Below are positions 10,619-23,144 of a stretch of 64,000 nt of DNA, one piece after another. The notes below the pieces were generated by a model. That model searched no databases. It worked only from the letters and a program-made list of their open reading frames with translations, and was not told where the DNA came from. Position 1 is the stretch's first letter. Each line of letters starts with the position of its first letter. This stretch comes from Chiloscyllium plagiosum (taxonomy: Eukaryota), in assembly GCF_004010195.1 (NCBI RefSeq), contig NC_057719.1, positions 23,670,313-23,734,312 of the forward strand, read 5' to 3'. The position numbers and the translations under genes were made by a program.

Positions 10619-12926
10619 TGTTAGGTATGTCCAAGAAGGATTCCAGACTCAACATGTAGATAGGCTGACTAGAGGGGAGGACATATTGGATTTGGTGCTT
10701 GGCAACGAACTGAGCAAGGTGTCAGATCTCTTGGTGAGAGTGCATTTCAGTGATAGTGATTGCAACTCTCTGACCTTTACTATCACCATGGAGAGGGATA
10801 GGAATGGACAGTATGGGAAAGTATTTAATTGGAAGAGGGGGAATTACAATGTTATTAGGCAGGAACTATGGAACATAAATTGGGAACAGATGTTCTCAGG
10901 GAAATGCACAACAGAAATGTGGAGGTTGTTTAGGGAGTACTTGCTGCAAGTGCTGGAAAGGTTTGTCTCACTGAGATAAGGAAGGGCTGATCGGATGAAG
11001 GAACCTTGGATGACATATGATGTGGAACATCTAGTCAAGAGAAAGAAGGAATCTTACTCAAAATTGTGGAAGCAAGGATCAGACAGGGCTCTGGAGGGTT
11101 ACAAGGTAGCCAGGAAGGAACTGAGGAATGGAGTTATGAGAGCCAGAAGGGGGCATGAAAAAGCTTTAGCGGGTAGGATTAACAAACTCCTAAGGCATTA
11201 TACACTTACGCAAGGAACAAGAGAATGGCCAGAGTGAGGGTAGGGCTGATCAAGGATAGTGGAGGGAACTTGTGCCTGGAGTCAGAGGAGGTAGGGGATG
11301 TCCTTAATAAATACTTTGCTTCAGTATTCACTAGTGAAAGGGACCTTGTTATTTGTGAGGACAGAGTGAAACAGGCTGATATGTTTAAACAGGTTGATGT
11401 CAAGAAGGAGGATGTGTCAGAAAGTTTGAAAAACATGAGGATACATAAGTCCCCTGGGCCAGATGGGATATACCCAAGGTTTCCATGGGAAGCGAGGGAC
11501 GAGATTGCTGCATCTTTGGTGATGATCTTTGTTTCCTCATTGTCCACTGGAGTAGTGCCAGATGATAAGAGAGTGGCAAATGTTGTTCCTTTGATCAAGA
11601 AAGGGAACAGGGATAACCCTGGGAATTACAACCAGTCAATCGTATGTCAGTGGTGGGCAAATTATTGGAGAGGCTTCTGACAGACAGGATTTATGATTTA
11701 TGTGAGGCAGCATTGCGAACCACTGAGCCACCATGCTACCCGTTGATGAAGGTAGAGCAGTGGATGTGGTGCATATGGATTTTAGCAAGGTATTTGATAA
11801 GGTTCTCCATGGTAGGTTCATTCAGAAAGTAAGGAGGCATGGGATACAGGGAAATTTGGCTGTCTGCATACAGAATTGGCTGGCCCATGGAAGACAGATG
11901 GTGGTAATGGATGGGAAGTATTCAGCCTGGAACACGGTGACTGGTGATGTTCGGCAGTGATCTGTTCTGGGACCTCTTCTTGTTGTGATTTTTATAAATG
12001 ACTTGGATGAGGAAGTGGAAGGGTGGGTTTGTAAGTTTGCCAATGGAGCCGTGGATAGTGTGGAGGGCTGTTGTAGGTTGCAATGAGACATTGACAGAAC
12101 GCAGAGCTGGGCTGAGAAGTGGCAGATGAAGTCCAACTTGAAAAAGCTTGAAGTGATTCATTTTGGAAGGTCAAATTTAAATGCAAATTACAGGGTTAAA
12201 GACAGGATTCTTGGCAATGTGGAGGAACAGAGGGATCTTTGGGCTCACGTCCATAGATCCCTCGAAGTTGCTTTCCAAGTTGATTGGGTTGTTAAGAAGG
12301 TATATGGTGTGGTGGTTTTCATTAGCAGGGGAATTGAGTTTAAGAGCCACGAGGTAATGCTGCAGCTTTATAATGCCCTGGTTAGACCACACTTGGAATA
12401 TTATGTTCAGTTCTGGTCACCTCATTATAGGACAAATGTGGAAGCTTTAGAGAGGGTGCAGAAGAGATTTACCAGGATGTGCCTGGACTGGAGAGTATGT
12501 CTTATGAAAAAAGGTTGAGGGAGATAGGGCTTTTCTCATTGGAATGAAGAAAAATGAGAGGTGATTTGATAAAGGTGTACAAGATGATGAGAGGCATAGA
12601 TAGAATAGATGGCCAGAGACTTAGACCCAGGGCAGAAATGACTATCACACAGGGGCATAATTTTAAGGTGATTGGAGGAAGGTTTAGGGGAGATGTCAGA
12701 GGTTAGTTCTTTACACAGAAAGTGTTGGGTGCATGGAATGCACTGTTAGCGATGGTAATAGAGTCAGGTACATTAGGGACATTTAATTGACTCTTGGATA
12801 GGCACATGAATAATAGTAAAATGAAGGGTATGTAGGTTATTTTGATCTTAGAGTAGGATAAAAGGTTGACACAGCATTGAGGGCCGAATAGCCTGTCCTG
12901 TGCTGTACTATTCTATGTTCTATGTC
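10619..12926 (+). mobile_element. CR1 LINE, 5'-truncated, with the end of the endonuclease and a broken RT
   Basis: ORFs LDLVL...HFSDSD, KSPGPDGIYPR, DFSKVFDKV, LEYYVQFWSPHYR; tail (ttctatg)n; 7-bp TSD acttatt at 10612 and 12927. Confidence 0.95.
11701..11741 (-). mobile_element. V-SINE tRNA-head remnant inside CR1
   Basis: tgtgaggcagcattgcgaaccactgagccaccatgctaccc is the reverse complement of a SINE 5' end. Confidence 0.8.
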
Positions 12927-14225
12927 ACTTATTAGGGAAACTAGGATATGATTACATTAAAAGTTGAAACTTATAATGTAAAGAATAGGAGATGCTGTAA
13001 AATTGGAAACATTTTCAAAACCCGGAAAAGAGAAATTAGAAAGTTATAGACATGAAAAAGGTTAGAACAAGAGAGTAATTTATCCTGAAATACAAAGACA
13101 GATAAAACCTCTGCAGAATATAAGAATGAGAAGAATGGTCAAATAAGTATTGGTCCCTTCAAGGCCAAGACGGAATGAATCAGAATGGGGAATAAAGAAT
13201 GTAGAGATGTTGAACAAATAATTGTGAGTGTATTTCTACTCACAATTACACACCAGCAACAGGGGGAAATAAAATGGCTAATTTTATTTTAGATGCCTTC
13301 TCAAGACTGAGGAATTTAATGTAATCAATGTCAACAGAGATAAAGTATTAGAGAAATTAATACACCTAAGGCTAACAAATATCCTGGACCAAATGGTAAC
13401 TGCAGAAAGAATGGTCACCGCAGTTATAGTTTTCAATAATTTGCCTTACAATCCCAGTGGATTTGAAGTTATTAAATGGAATCTGCTAAGCAAGAAAGGA
13501 GAGAGGGAGATATTTGGAATTATAGCTCAGTTAGCCTCATGTTGTTCATTGGGAAATCTATTATTAATGAAGTCCTAACAATGCGCTTAGAAAATCATGG
13601 TATGATCAGACAAAGTCAGCATCGTTTTACAATAGGAAGTAATGTTTGACAAATTTATTTGAGTGCTTTTGAGGATATAACTACTTGTGCTGATAAAAAA
13701 GAGCCAGTTAATTCAGTACACTAGGATTACAAAAGTCATTCAATAAGATATCAAAAAAAGGCTAGGGCTCCATGTGTGGGTGTATGGCATTAGGAGTAAT
13801 GTATGGGCAGGGACAGAGGATTGAAGGCAAGAAAGCAATGAATAGGGATAAATGGGGCATTATCAGCTTAGCAGGCTGCAAAATGACACAAGAATCAGTG
13901 CTCTGGAATAAGCCATTTACAATCCATATTGATAACTTAGATGAAGAAACAGAGTAATGCATCTACACTTATTGACAATACAAAGTCAACTGGGAATGTA
14001 AGCAGTAAGGAGGACATGGGGAGGCTGAAGAGATATAGACCAATTAAGTAAAAGGACAACAAAGTGGCAGCTAAGATATGATGCAGCAAATTATAAGGTT
14101 ATTCACTTTGGCAGCAAGAATAAAACAACAGAATTTACTTAAAAAAGATTAAAATGTTTAGGTGTTGATGCTCAGAAGGACTTAGTAGCACCTACACAAG
14201 AAACACACGTAGATAATGTGGAGGT

Positions 14226-14690
14226 TACAGAGATGTACAGCACAGAAACAGTCCCTTCAGTCTAAATTGCTCATGCCGACCAGATATCCTAAATTAATCT
14301 AGTCCCCATTTGTCAACATTTGGCCCATATCCCTCTAAACCCTTCCTATTCATATACCCATCCAGATGTCTTTTAAATGTTGCAATTATACCATTCTCCA
14401 TCACTTCCTCTGGCAGTTCATTCCACATACGTACCACCCTCTGCATGAAAAAGTTGTCCCTTAGGTACATTTTAAATCTTTCCCCTTTCACCTTATAGTT
14501 TTGGATTCCCCTCTAGTTTTGGATTCCCCTACCCTGAGGAAAAGACCTTGTCTATTTACCCTATCCATGCCCCTCATGATTTTATAAGCCTCGATAAAGT
14601 CACTCCCTTAGCCTCCAATGCTCCAGGGGAAATAGCCCCAGTCTATTCAACCTCTCGCTATAGCTCAATCCTCCAATATCCTTGTGAATT
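14226..14690 (-). mobile_element. CR1 (HER1-like) 3' end
   Basis: Reverse 3' ORF end (FFMQRVVRMWNELPEEV); tail acagagatgtacagcacagaaacag shared with the HE1 SINE tail. Confidence 0.9.
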
Positions 14691-14945
14691 TTAAGAAGGG
14701 AAATGGAATATTAGACTTATTGCAAAGGAATTGGAATATGAGAATATGAAATTCCAGATAAATTCATACAGGGATTTGAGAAACTAAACCTGGAGTACTC
14801 TGTGCAGTAAATAAGCAAGAGCATATTTGCACTGGAGGTGATATCATGACGCTTCATGAGATTTATCCCTGGGATGAGAAGTTTACCATTTGATGAGAGA
14901 GTGAGTAAATGCAAGGGCAGGTTTTCCACTGGCCAGAGAGGGTGT

Positions 14946-15241
14946 TAGATTAGATTACTTCCAGTGTGGAAACAGGCCCTTCGGCCCAACAAGTCCACAC
15001 CGAAGCGCAACCCACCCAAACCTATTCCCCTATACCTAACGGTACAGACAATTTAGCATGGCCAATTCACCTAACCTGCACATTTTTGGACTGTGGGAGG
15101 AAACTGGAGCACCTGGAGGAAACCCACGCAGACACGGGGAGAATGTGCAAACTCCACACAGACAGTCACCTGAGGCAGGAATTGAACCCGGGTCTCTGGC
15201 GCTGTGATGCAGCAGTGCTAACCACTGTGCTACCATGCCGT
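14946..15241 (-). mobile_element. HE1 V-SINE
   Basis: Near full-length reverse complement of 3612-3919, with a small internal deletion. Confidence 0.95.
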
Positions 15242-15301
15242 ACAGTGTTGGTCTAGCATAAATGGGATTTACATTATGAGGACCTTGCAGAATCCCTGTT
15301 G

Positions 15302-15533
15302 TAGATTAGAGTGGTGCTGGAAAAGCACAGCAGTTCAGGCAGCAACCGAGGAGCAGGAAAATCGACATTTCGGGCAAAAGCCCTTCATCAGGAATAGAGT
15401 TGGCTGATGAAGGGCTTTTGCCAGAAACGTCGATTTTCCTGCTCCTTGGATGCTGCCTGAACTGCTGCGCTTTTCCAGCACCACTCTAATCTAGAATCTG
15501 GTTTCCAGCATCTGCAGTCTTTTTATTTTACCT
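15302..15533. mobile_element. Palindromic PLE-derived element with two opposed hammerhead cores
   Basis: Arms 15302-15391 and 15404-15493 (90 bp, 5 mismatches); 16-bp TSD agaatccctgttgtag at 15289 and 15534. Confidence 0.92.
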
Positions 15534-16058
15534 AGAATCCCTGTTGTAGCTGATTCTGAAGAAATTGCCTGGGAAATTGAAGTTTCCTCTAGGCAATTCC
15601 ACTATGTCTGAATCTTCTGAAAGTTTCCATGTAAATTGAAGGTTTAGGGTGGTTCCAATGAAATTAAGTAGAACAGTTACTCAGGAACAGTTAGTCCATT
15701 AAATGCATAGTCCAATTCCTGACTAATTATTAAAAAGACTCCATATTTGCCTCACACAGCCTCCCTATCTACACCAAATGTAGGCCACTTACATTCCCAG
15801 ACCCTGACCAGATGGCCCTCACACCCAACATCCATCTTCCTGGGTCTTGACACCCATCCCTCGTGAGATCTAATCTGACCAAAACCCCAAACCCCACCTT
15901 GCTGTTTCCAACGGACCCAACTCCTACATCCCACACCTCCATCCTGCCATCAGACCTGATCCTCACACTTCCACATATTCCCCTTCCCCTGCCTAATCTC
16001 ACCATCAGACCTTACCTTCCATGTCATCTGCCCGAACAGACTGGATTTAACCTTTTGT

Positions 16059-16376
16059 GGGCGGCACGGTGGCACAGTGGTTAGCACTGCTGCCTCATAG
16101 CACCAGAGACCCGGGTTCAATTCCCGACTCAGGTGACTGACTGTGTGGAGTTTGCACATTCTCCCCGTGTCTGCGTGGGTTTCCTCCGGGTGCTCCGGTT
16201 TCCTCCCACAGTCCAAAGATGTGCAGGTCAGGTGAATTGGCCATGCTAAATTGCCCGTAGTGTTAGGTAAAAGGGTAAATGTAGGGGTATGGGTGGGTTG
16301 CGCTTCGGCGGGTCGGCGTGGACGGGTTGGGCCGAAGGGCCTGTTTCCACACTGTAAGTAATCTAATCTAATCTAA
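16059..16376 (+). mobile_element. HE1 V-SINE, full length, young
   Basis: gggcggcacggtggcacagtgg...(ctaat)n; many CpGs retained. Confidence 0.95.
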
Positions 16377-16439
16377 AAAAAACCTGACGCAACACTTCCC
16401 TGCACCCAGACCCGGACACCCCTCCTACAAACAGCAACC

Positions 16440-16790
16440 CTCCTGCCCCATCCTTGCTGCACTTTCTCCAGACTACCTCAAATTGCCACCTTACATCTTG
16501 CAACCTACCTGACTGGTACCCTACTCTCATCCTAGCTGGCATTCCCCCCAGTTGACACCCTACTTACCTGACACCCTCCTCCACCATAGTTGGCAATCTA
16601 CTTATCTGATACCTTACCCACTATCCATTGGAACCCTACTATCTGACACCCTACCCCTTCCCCAACTGGCACCCAAAGTATCTGGGCCATGGCACTCTAC
16701 TCACCTGGCATCCTACTTACCTGATACTTTACCCTCTAACCATCTGGCTCCTTCTGCTCCCAGCACTCTAACACTGACTTGGTATACTTA
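16440..16790. repeat. Degenerate C-rich minisatellite-like region
   Basis: Recurrent ccctacttacctgacacc / cacctggca units. Confidence 0.6.
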
Positions 16791-17424
16791 GCCTTTGATA
16801 GTAGCTGCTACCATGATAGTGAAGACCTTTACATTTCAAAATATGGCACCTGACTGTTGTGACAAGGGGGCATGATTCTCCTCTCTCTAACAGGTCAACA
16901 CTACAAAGGAACCATCAGAATAAAAGTACACTAACACATTTCTGAAACTTGAAACAGTATCCTCTGTCAGAAATACAGAGCTACTTTCTTTAACCAAAAT
17001 TAAGTTTCAGAATGGAAACCTGTATGAGATTGTCACTTCCTGGAAAATCATAGCCTTTTGAAGTATTTAGAAGAACAAGCTGTAATCACATTGAAACATA
17101 GCAGATTCTGAAAGGGCTCGATAGGGTAGATACTTGATGATGTTTCACCTGGTTGGAGAATCTAGGATATGGGACATAGTCTCAGGACGTGAGCTTTACC
17201 AATTAGCACAGAGATGAGGAACACCTTTTTCACTTGAAGAGTTGTGAAGTTTCTTCCTGGTCCAATAAATTAATACCTGAAATGGATAGGCTGTTGGTGT
17301 CTCCAGAGATGAAGGCATAAAGAGAATGGTTGAGAAAACAGAACTGAGGCAGAAGATTGTTTCAAATAGCTAAGCAGGTTCATTGAGCCACGTAGTCCAG
17401 TCTGATGATCAACTATTATCATGC

Positions 17425-17602
17425 TGTGGTCAGTTAGCTGGATGGTTGGTTTGCAGTGTAGTATGATGTCATCAAATTGGATTCAATTCCCACACCTTCC
17501 TCAACCTCTCCCCTCACCTGCACTGTGGCACCCCTTGGTTTAAGCCAGCCCCCGATGTCTCTCTCTCTAATGAGATAGCAGCTCAATGGTGATTTTACCT
17601 TT
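17425..17602 (+). mobile_element. tRNA-derived SINE family C
   Basis: cagttagctggatgg, ggattcaattccc B box, ctctctctctaatgaga tail. Confidence 0.6.
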
Positions 17603-19408
17603 GCTATTAAGCTGTGAGACACATTTTGTCTCCTTTAAAGTAAAGTTGTGACATGGGCCACATAGTATTGAAGAATTCAACAAACTTTAATTACAGCTCA
17701 TAATGTTAACATACGTACACTACAGTTACAGACACTTGCATGTCTGGTCTGAAGCTAAACAAATTTAATTATAATGCAATGCATTTCCCTCAGCATATCA
17801 TGCTGCATGAAGGTACAGCTCAGTAAGATGGAGGCTGATAGCTTGATAGCATTAGGTCACTTGCTCTGAAACAGTGTTGACATCATGACCATGTCCTTTA
17901 AAGGTATATCGCATATCAATTGCATAACATATATAATATAATATATAGTTGTGCCATATTCTTTTGTTCTTACATCCAGCCAGGTGAAGGGGAATAGTAT
18001 GCTTCTTTTGATGATCTGAATGAAGGATTCATTATCTTCCTTCTCTTTGAGATTCAATCTTCTTTGAACCTGAGGAGTGTTTACTTTTCTTCTTCAGTCA
18101 AATATATTCCGTCATGTCCTTAACTTATTTCAGCTTAACTTCAGACTGCCTGCTCATACTGAATGCAATGTGTTAATTATGGATTTTGGCTGGTAATTAG
18201 AAATAACTTGTTACTGCCTTTCATGTTTTCTATTGTAAGAAGCCTCCGTAGTGCAAGGCTAATTCTTTCTGAGCGGTTGTCCGCTACTGCTGTTACTATC
18301 TTCAATAATATGGGGATAACTGCATTCCTATTCCATGGACCCAGCCTCAAGCAAGACTGTTTAGAATTGCATGGGACTAATCTGAATACATTAGTGGACA
18401 ATTGGTAGTCTATTTAAATCTCTACATGACTGACGAGTAGATTTCCCCAGACACTCTATTTCTACACAATGTGCATTCTCTAAATGAGGATATGAAGTAT
18501 CGCAAACAAAGTAATCTAAATATTGAACCCAGAGTTAAATTCTGAAATGAAAGTGCAATCACTTTAATCCAGGGAAAGCTGACCAAATAGACTAATACAG
18601 TAGCAATTTGGTCAGTAAACCTAGATTTAGGTTATATGAATACATATTTAACATTTTCAAGGTTCTATGTGATTAATATGTTTCTGGTATTTCTTAAACT
18701 GAATGTATGCTTGAACTGCATGTCAAACCTTCATTTTCATGTCATCTAAAAGCTAAATTTGGATTGCTGTGGGGGCTTGATTCTACTCAAAACTTACTGC
18801 TCAACAATGTTACATATTCTCTCTTTCATTGCTCTGAAGCAAAACCAGTCAACCATTTGTTTTTAATCAATAATTTAAACAGAATAAACCCATTATATCT
18901 GTCAGTCATAGAACATTATTATTCAAATAAGTTTCAGTTGCACACATACTCATTTCCACAGAAGAAGAATTTGCTTTTGCACAGCAATGACCTTCGAAAA
19001 TATGATTGACGATTTAAGTTGGGAGCTTCTGCTTTTTATGCCAATTCTTAAGTGAAACCATCCTAGTTCCAAAAGTTCACCAGTCAGTCTTTGAGTTTAG
19101 CAGCCCAAAGCAAAAATGGATGAGCAGACAGCAAATGGCTCCAGCAAGTCCCAAGCTGAGACACAGGGTACAAAAAAAACATTGAATTTCAGATAACCTT
19201 AAATTTCAGTAAAACTCGAAAAACATTAGACTACCTAAAAATTTGGCTGTTATCCAATATCCTCCAAAATTACATATTATATTCAAAATCCATACTGTAG
19301 ATCCAATCTCCAGAATCAAAGAGTTTTTCTCAATAACTGCTCTGCATTATGAACAGCCTTGCTAAACATCAATACTCACAGTACTTGCAAACTTCAGTGG
19401 AAAACCTT

Positions 19409-19636
19409 TGTAGTGGTCACAAAACAGTCAGCCAGGTGGACCTCATAGAATATTTTTTCCCTGATTGGAGCAGTAAATCTGGCCTTAGTTAACAGATAAG
19501 AACAGGAATGTCAGACACCCTGTTCACTCTGAGAGCTGGTTCTGAGGAAGCTGGATCAGTGTCTCTCCAAGGATTCTCCAAGTGTAAATAAAGGGTGACT
19601 TGGTGACAGGATATCAGCCTCTGTGGAGCTATTTCA
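19409..19636 (+). mobile_element. Short solo LTR
   Basis: TG...CA termini (tgtagtggtc...gctatttca), TATA-like gataag, aataaa; flanks acctt/tccta may be a decayed TSD. Confidence 0.7.
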
Positions 19637-20229
19637 TCCTATAACCACTTGATCAGCTGGAAGCTCATTGAATTGTTTCACAGCTGTGATTGCTTTCTAG
19701 TGAAACTAAGGAAGTAAATTGGTGTTAGACATGCAATATGAAGAGCAGAAAATAAATTGAAATTGGATTTCACTGTGAAATAAAGATAACAGAAACCCTT
19801 ACAGAAAATTGGCTCCAGATCCAAGAATAGATTTTCAAGCAAAATCATTCATTTTGACTCCTGTGCCTCTTAGTGGATTGAGTATGGATCAGCCTGTCTT
19901 TTGATCTTCCATGATACACCATCTGCATGTTCAAAGTACTTTTTAATGACTCTAGAAATTCTAAGGCAGCTATTCAACTAGTGAAAAATCATGCTGGCTA
20001 TGAAATCTAACACAGGATAGAACCTAATAGATGTTGAGCCAAATTGGACTCAACTAAATCTTAAAATATATTATCCATATCCTTCTGGTAATTTCAGCAT
20101 AGTTCTGGTTTTAAAATCCTACCAATATTTCTTATCTCAGACAGTAGTCAATTGGTGAGTTAGTTACCGAGTGGCTGTTTGATGAGTGTGAATAGATTTG
20201 TTCTCTAATTTTCCCTTTTCCAGTGTTGG

Positions 20230-20720
20230 GAGAATTAGTTACTCTACTCAGTGCCTTTCTCTATAGTTTAACAATGATTAGCAAATTGCAATGTATGAAG
20301 TTATTGATTCTAAACTGTATCATATCCAACAAATTGCATCAGTCCAGTTCTTCCACCTTGTCTAATAGGTGAACTATTTCATTTCACTCCTGCCACCTTC
20401 ACCAACATAGGTACCACTGCATCTCTGACAGAGTCTCCTCTGGAGTACCCATTGCTGTCATTCCTCCTTTTCCATATTTATATGCTGTCCATTGAATACA
20501 TTATGCAAAGGAACAACATCAGTTCCTTACCCATTTTGAAGATATCAAACTTTACCTCCCTAACATTGTTGAGATCCAACAATCTCTGTTTTATTTGACT
20601 ATCAATCGGCTGTCAAGCCATGGATCAGACAGAATATTTTCCAAATGTATAGTGGAAAACTAAAGAAAATAGTTTAGCAACTAACAAAAACTCTATTTAA
20701 TTCTATTCATCTCCCTGCTT
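20230..20720 (+). mobile_element. Ancient L2 RT remnant
   Basis: ggagtaccc...ttccatatttatatgctgtcc...gaagatatcaaactttacctc resembles GVPQGS / FxIYMLP / ADDTQLYLS. Confidence 0.6.
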
Positions 20721-20951
20721 ACATAGTGTAGCTTCAGTGTCCCACCTGATCATGCACTAACCTCCTTTAACCTCCAAATCCAGGAATTCCATCACTAGCC
20801 TGTTACAATCCTGTAAAATAAAAAGCAGAACAAAAACTGGAAGAAGAACTCTGTCAGAACACCTATGGTTAGCAAATTGCACTTTGATCCACTCCATGTT
20901 TGTATCTGACAATTTGGTGGCATCCATTCATGTTTTGAATCAGAGGTCAGC

Positions 20952-21018
20952 CATGGAGAAAGCAGTTAGACAGTTAGCAGTTAGCAGTTAGACTGTTTGA
21001 CATGGAGAAAGCAGTTAG
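20952..21018 (+). repeat. Local duplication with a CAGTTAG array
   Basis: catggagaaagcagttag at 20952 and 21001; CAGTTAG at 20963, 20971, 20978, 20985 and 21012. Confidence 0.9.
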
Positions 21019-22449
21019 TGCAAACATTACTGGTGATAGATGGTAGGATGGATGAATAAAAAGTGTTTTACAAAATTATTAATGTTGTTTTACAAGGTGC
21101 CAACAGGAAACAGGCTGGGTTAGGCTGCTAATGCAAGTCAGGTAAGGTCAGGGCTGACAGCTAGCATTGGCTTCATGAGAATGATCCAACAACACTAATC
21201 ATAATTAAACCATTTACAGTTGCCTTTTTCAGGTAGCCCATGTACTTCAATAATGCTGTCCAATTGGATTTCTTCATCTGAATGATATCCAGAATTTAAT
21301 AAATCCTCATTGGATCACTTAAAGTAAACTTTGAATGTTTTGCAGCTGAGTGAACATAATGATCACCATTTCTGTCACATTGCTTGCCAGTTTAGAGGCT
21401 TGATGAGTGTGACAGTAGCGGCCTTACAGATTTGTTGGTTTGTTTTCATTTTTACTGATGGGTTTGGACTGAACAGAATCTTCGGAAGCAAAATGGTGTA
21501 CCTCATTATTTGAAATCAGGTTATTTTAGTAGCTATCAATATCTGAGCATATAAACATTTACAAGAGAAAAAAACGTATGTTGAACACCATATAAATGTA
21601 CCAAATAGTAAATACTGTGGTATTGTTAATTAAATTGAAACAACTGTTAATGATTGAAAATATCATTTATCTTTAGCATCCTCAATTAATTTTATACATC
21701 TGGAATATGCTGACACCATCTGCTTCCATTGCTTATCCATGTGATCTATCTATTAAACAATTTCAATCTCTTCAACCATTTCGATTTATTAACCAATTTC
21801 CACAGGTGCTTCCAATGTAAACATTCCCATCTTCCTTCATTTAACAGACCTTCAGTGCCAGGCTTGGAACCTTTTTCTCTGTACTCAGTCCAAAGCCTGG
21901 ATGCTACAGGCATATTATGATGGCCACAGTTCTCCTGGCAGTGTTTGTAATGTCGGCTGTTTCCTTTCTGCAAATAACACAGGGCAGATTTGTTTCTAGG
22001 GCAAACTGAGTACCTCCATGTCTGGAGAGTAAACCTTCCTGTCCTCAGTTAAACCGAGATTAATGAATAATTCTGGATGTTCAACATTCACAAAAGGCTT
22101 TAAAGCAAAAGGCTTTCTTTTTGCTCACAAGTTTTTTTTTGTTTTCCCAACCCTCATTATTTTGCTGAGCTCCTGTAAAGTAGGAAATAATTCTGTGGGA
22201 TCATATTTCTTTGACATGTTAAGTTTGAAAGTAAACACCTGTAAGTTATTAAAGGTATTAGAAACCAGAGATTTGAAATTATGTAGAGAGTTTGAAAACA
22301 TAAGCACATTAATACAGTTGTCAGTGAGATTTAGACAAGATCCTTGGACTTTCAACTGGAATAATTTTCACAGCAGTATTCGATAAATCAATAGAGTATT
22401 ACAATAATTCTCCTTTCAGTTTAAGGACAAATGAATAAAATTTTGAACA

Positions 22450-23121
22450 TGTTGTAGCCATTTTGCAGACAGAAACCTGGTAGTGCAGACTCCATTATGG
22501 CATGCAGTGCTTGTGACTACACCCTACACACCTGCTGTCTGCTGTATTCTATTATATCATTTCATCATGGTGATGCATACTGGAAGTAATTAATTATCGT
22601 TAAACTTTATTGTAAAGGCCGCGTCGTTTGTTTTTCTGTGGATTGAAATGGGAAAAGAACTGTTTTAAAACCAAGAATTATTGAAGGATTCCTGGAAAGC
22701 AATGAGGAAGACCAAGAAGCTTTCTGATCAGAACAAGGACCAGTTCAGCTAATCCTGTGAGCAGGAACCAATGAGCCACATTCTCAGTTTCCTCCTTACC
22801 CATAATAACACTCATGTATTTTTTCTCCTAGCTGTATCTGTCTGCGCATGGGTGTGTAGGGAGTAGTTTATAAGTGATTGGAGTTTCGTCTAATTGGGTT
22901 TTATGCTAATTATTCAAAATTGTTTACCTGTAGATATAGCCAATTTAAGGTCTATTTGCTTGTAATAAATAGTAATTCTTGTTAAGTACAAAACCTAGTC
23001 TGTGCTTTCTGTCAATCTGGGTTCTAAAAGACAGGGAAACCTGCATCCTTTTCAAAATCTTTACCATTTGTAAGAGCTCCAGGCCTTGATTTTCAGCATG
23101 TTAGCCCAGTGAGATGTAACA
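22450..23121 (+). mobile_element. Probable solo LTR
   Basis: tgttgta...tgtaaca termini, aataaa near 22964; no clear TSD. Confidence 0.55.
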
Positions 23122-23144
23122 TTATATAAGATACCGGGAGGCAT

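Larger units (their letters stand above)
14914..17056. mobile_element. Non-autonomous Harbinger-like DNA element with nested SINEs
   Basis: Imperfect TIRs gggcaggttttcca and tggaaaatcatagcct; interrupts the CR1 exactly; C-rich degenerate internal repeats. Confidence 0.55.
12934..17400 (+). mobile_element. Older, highly decayed CR1 (probably starting near 10480) hosting nested inserts
   Basis: Degenerate RT motifs at 13370-14200 and 14690-14910; resumes at 17057 (gtatttagaagaa...gggctcgatagggtagat). Confidence 0.75.
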
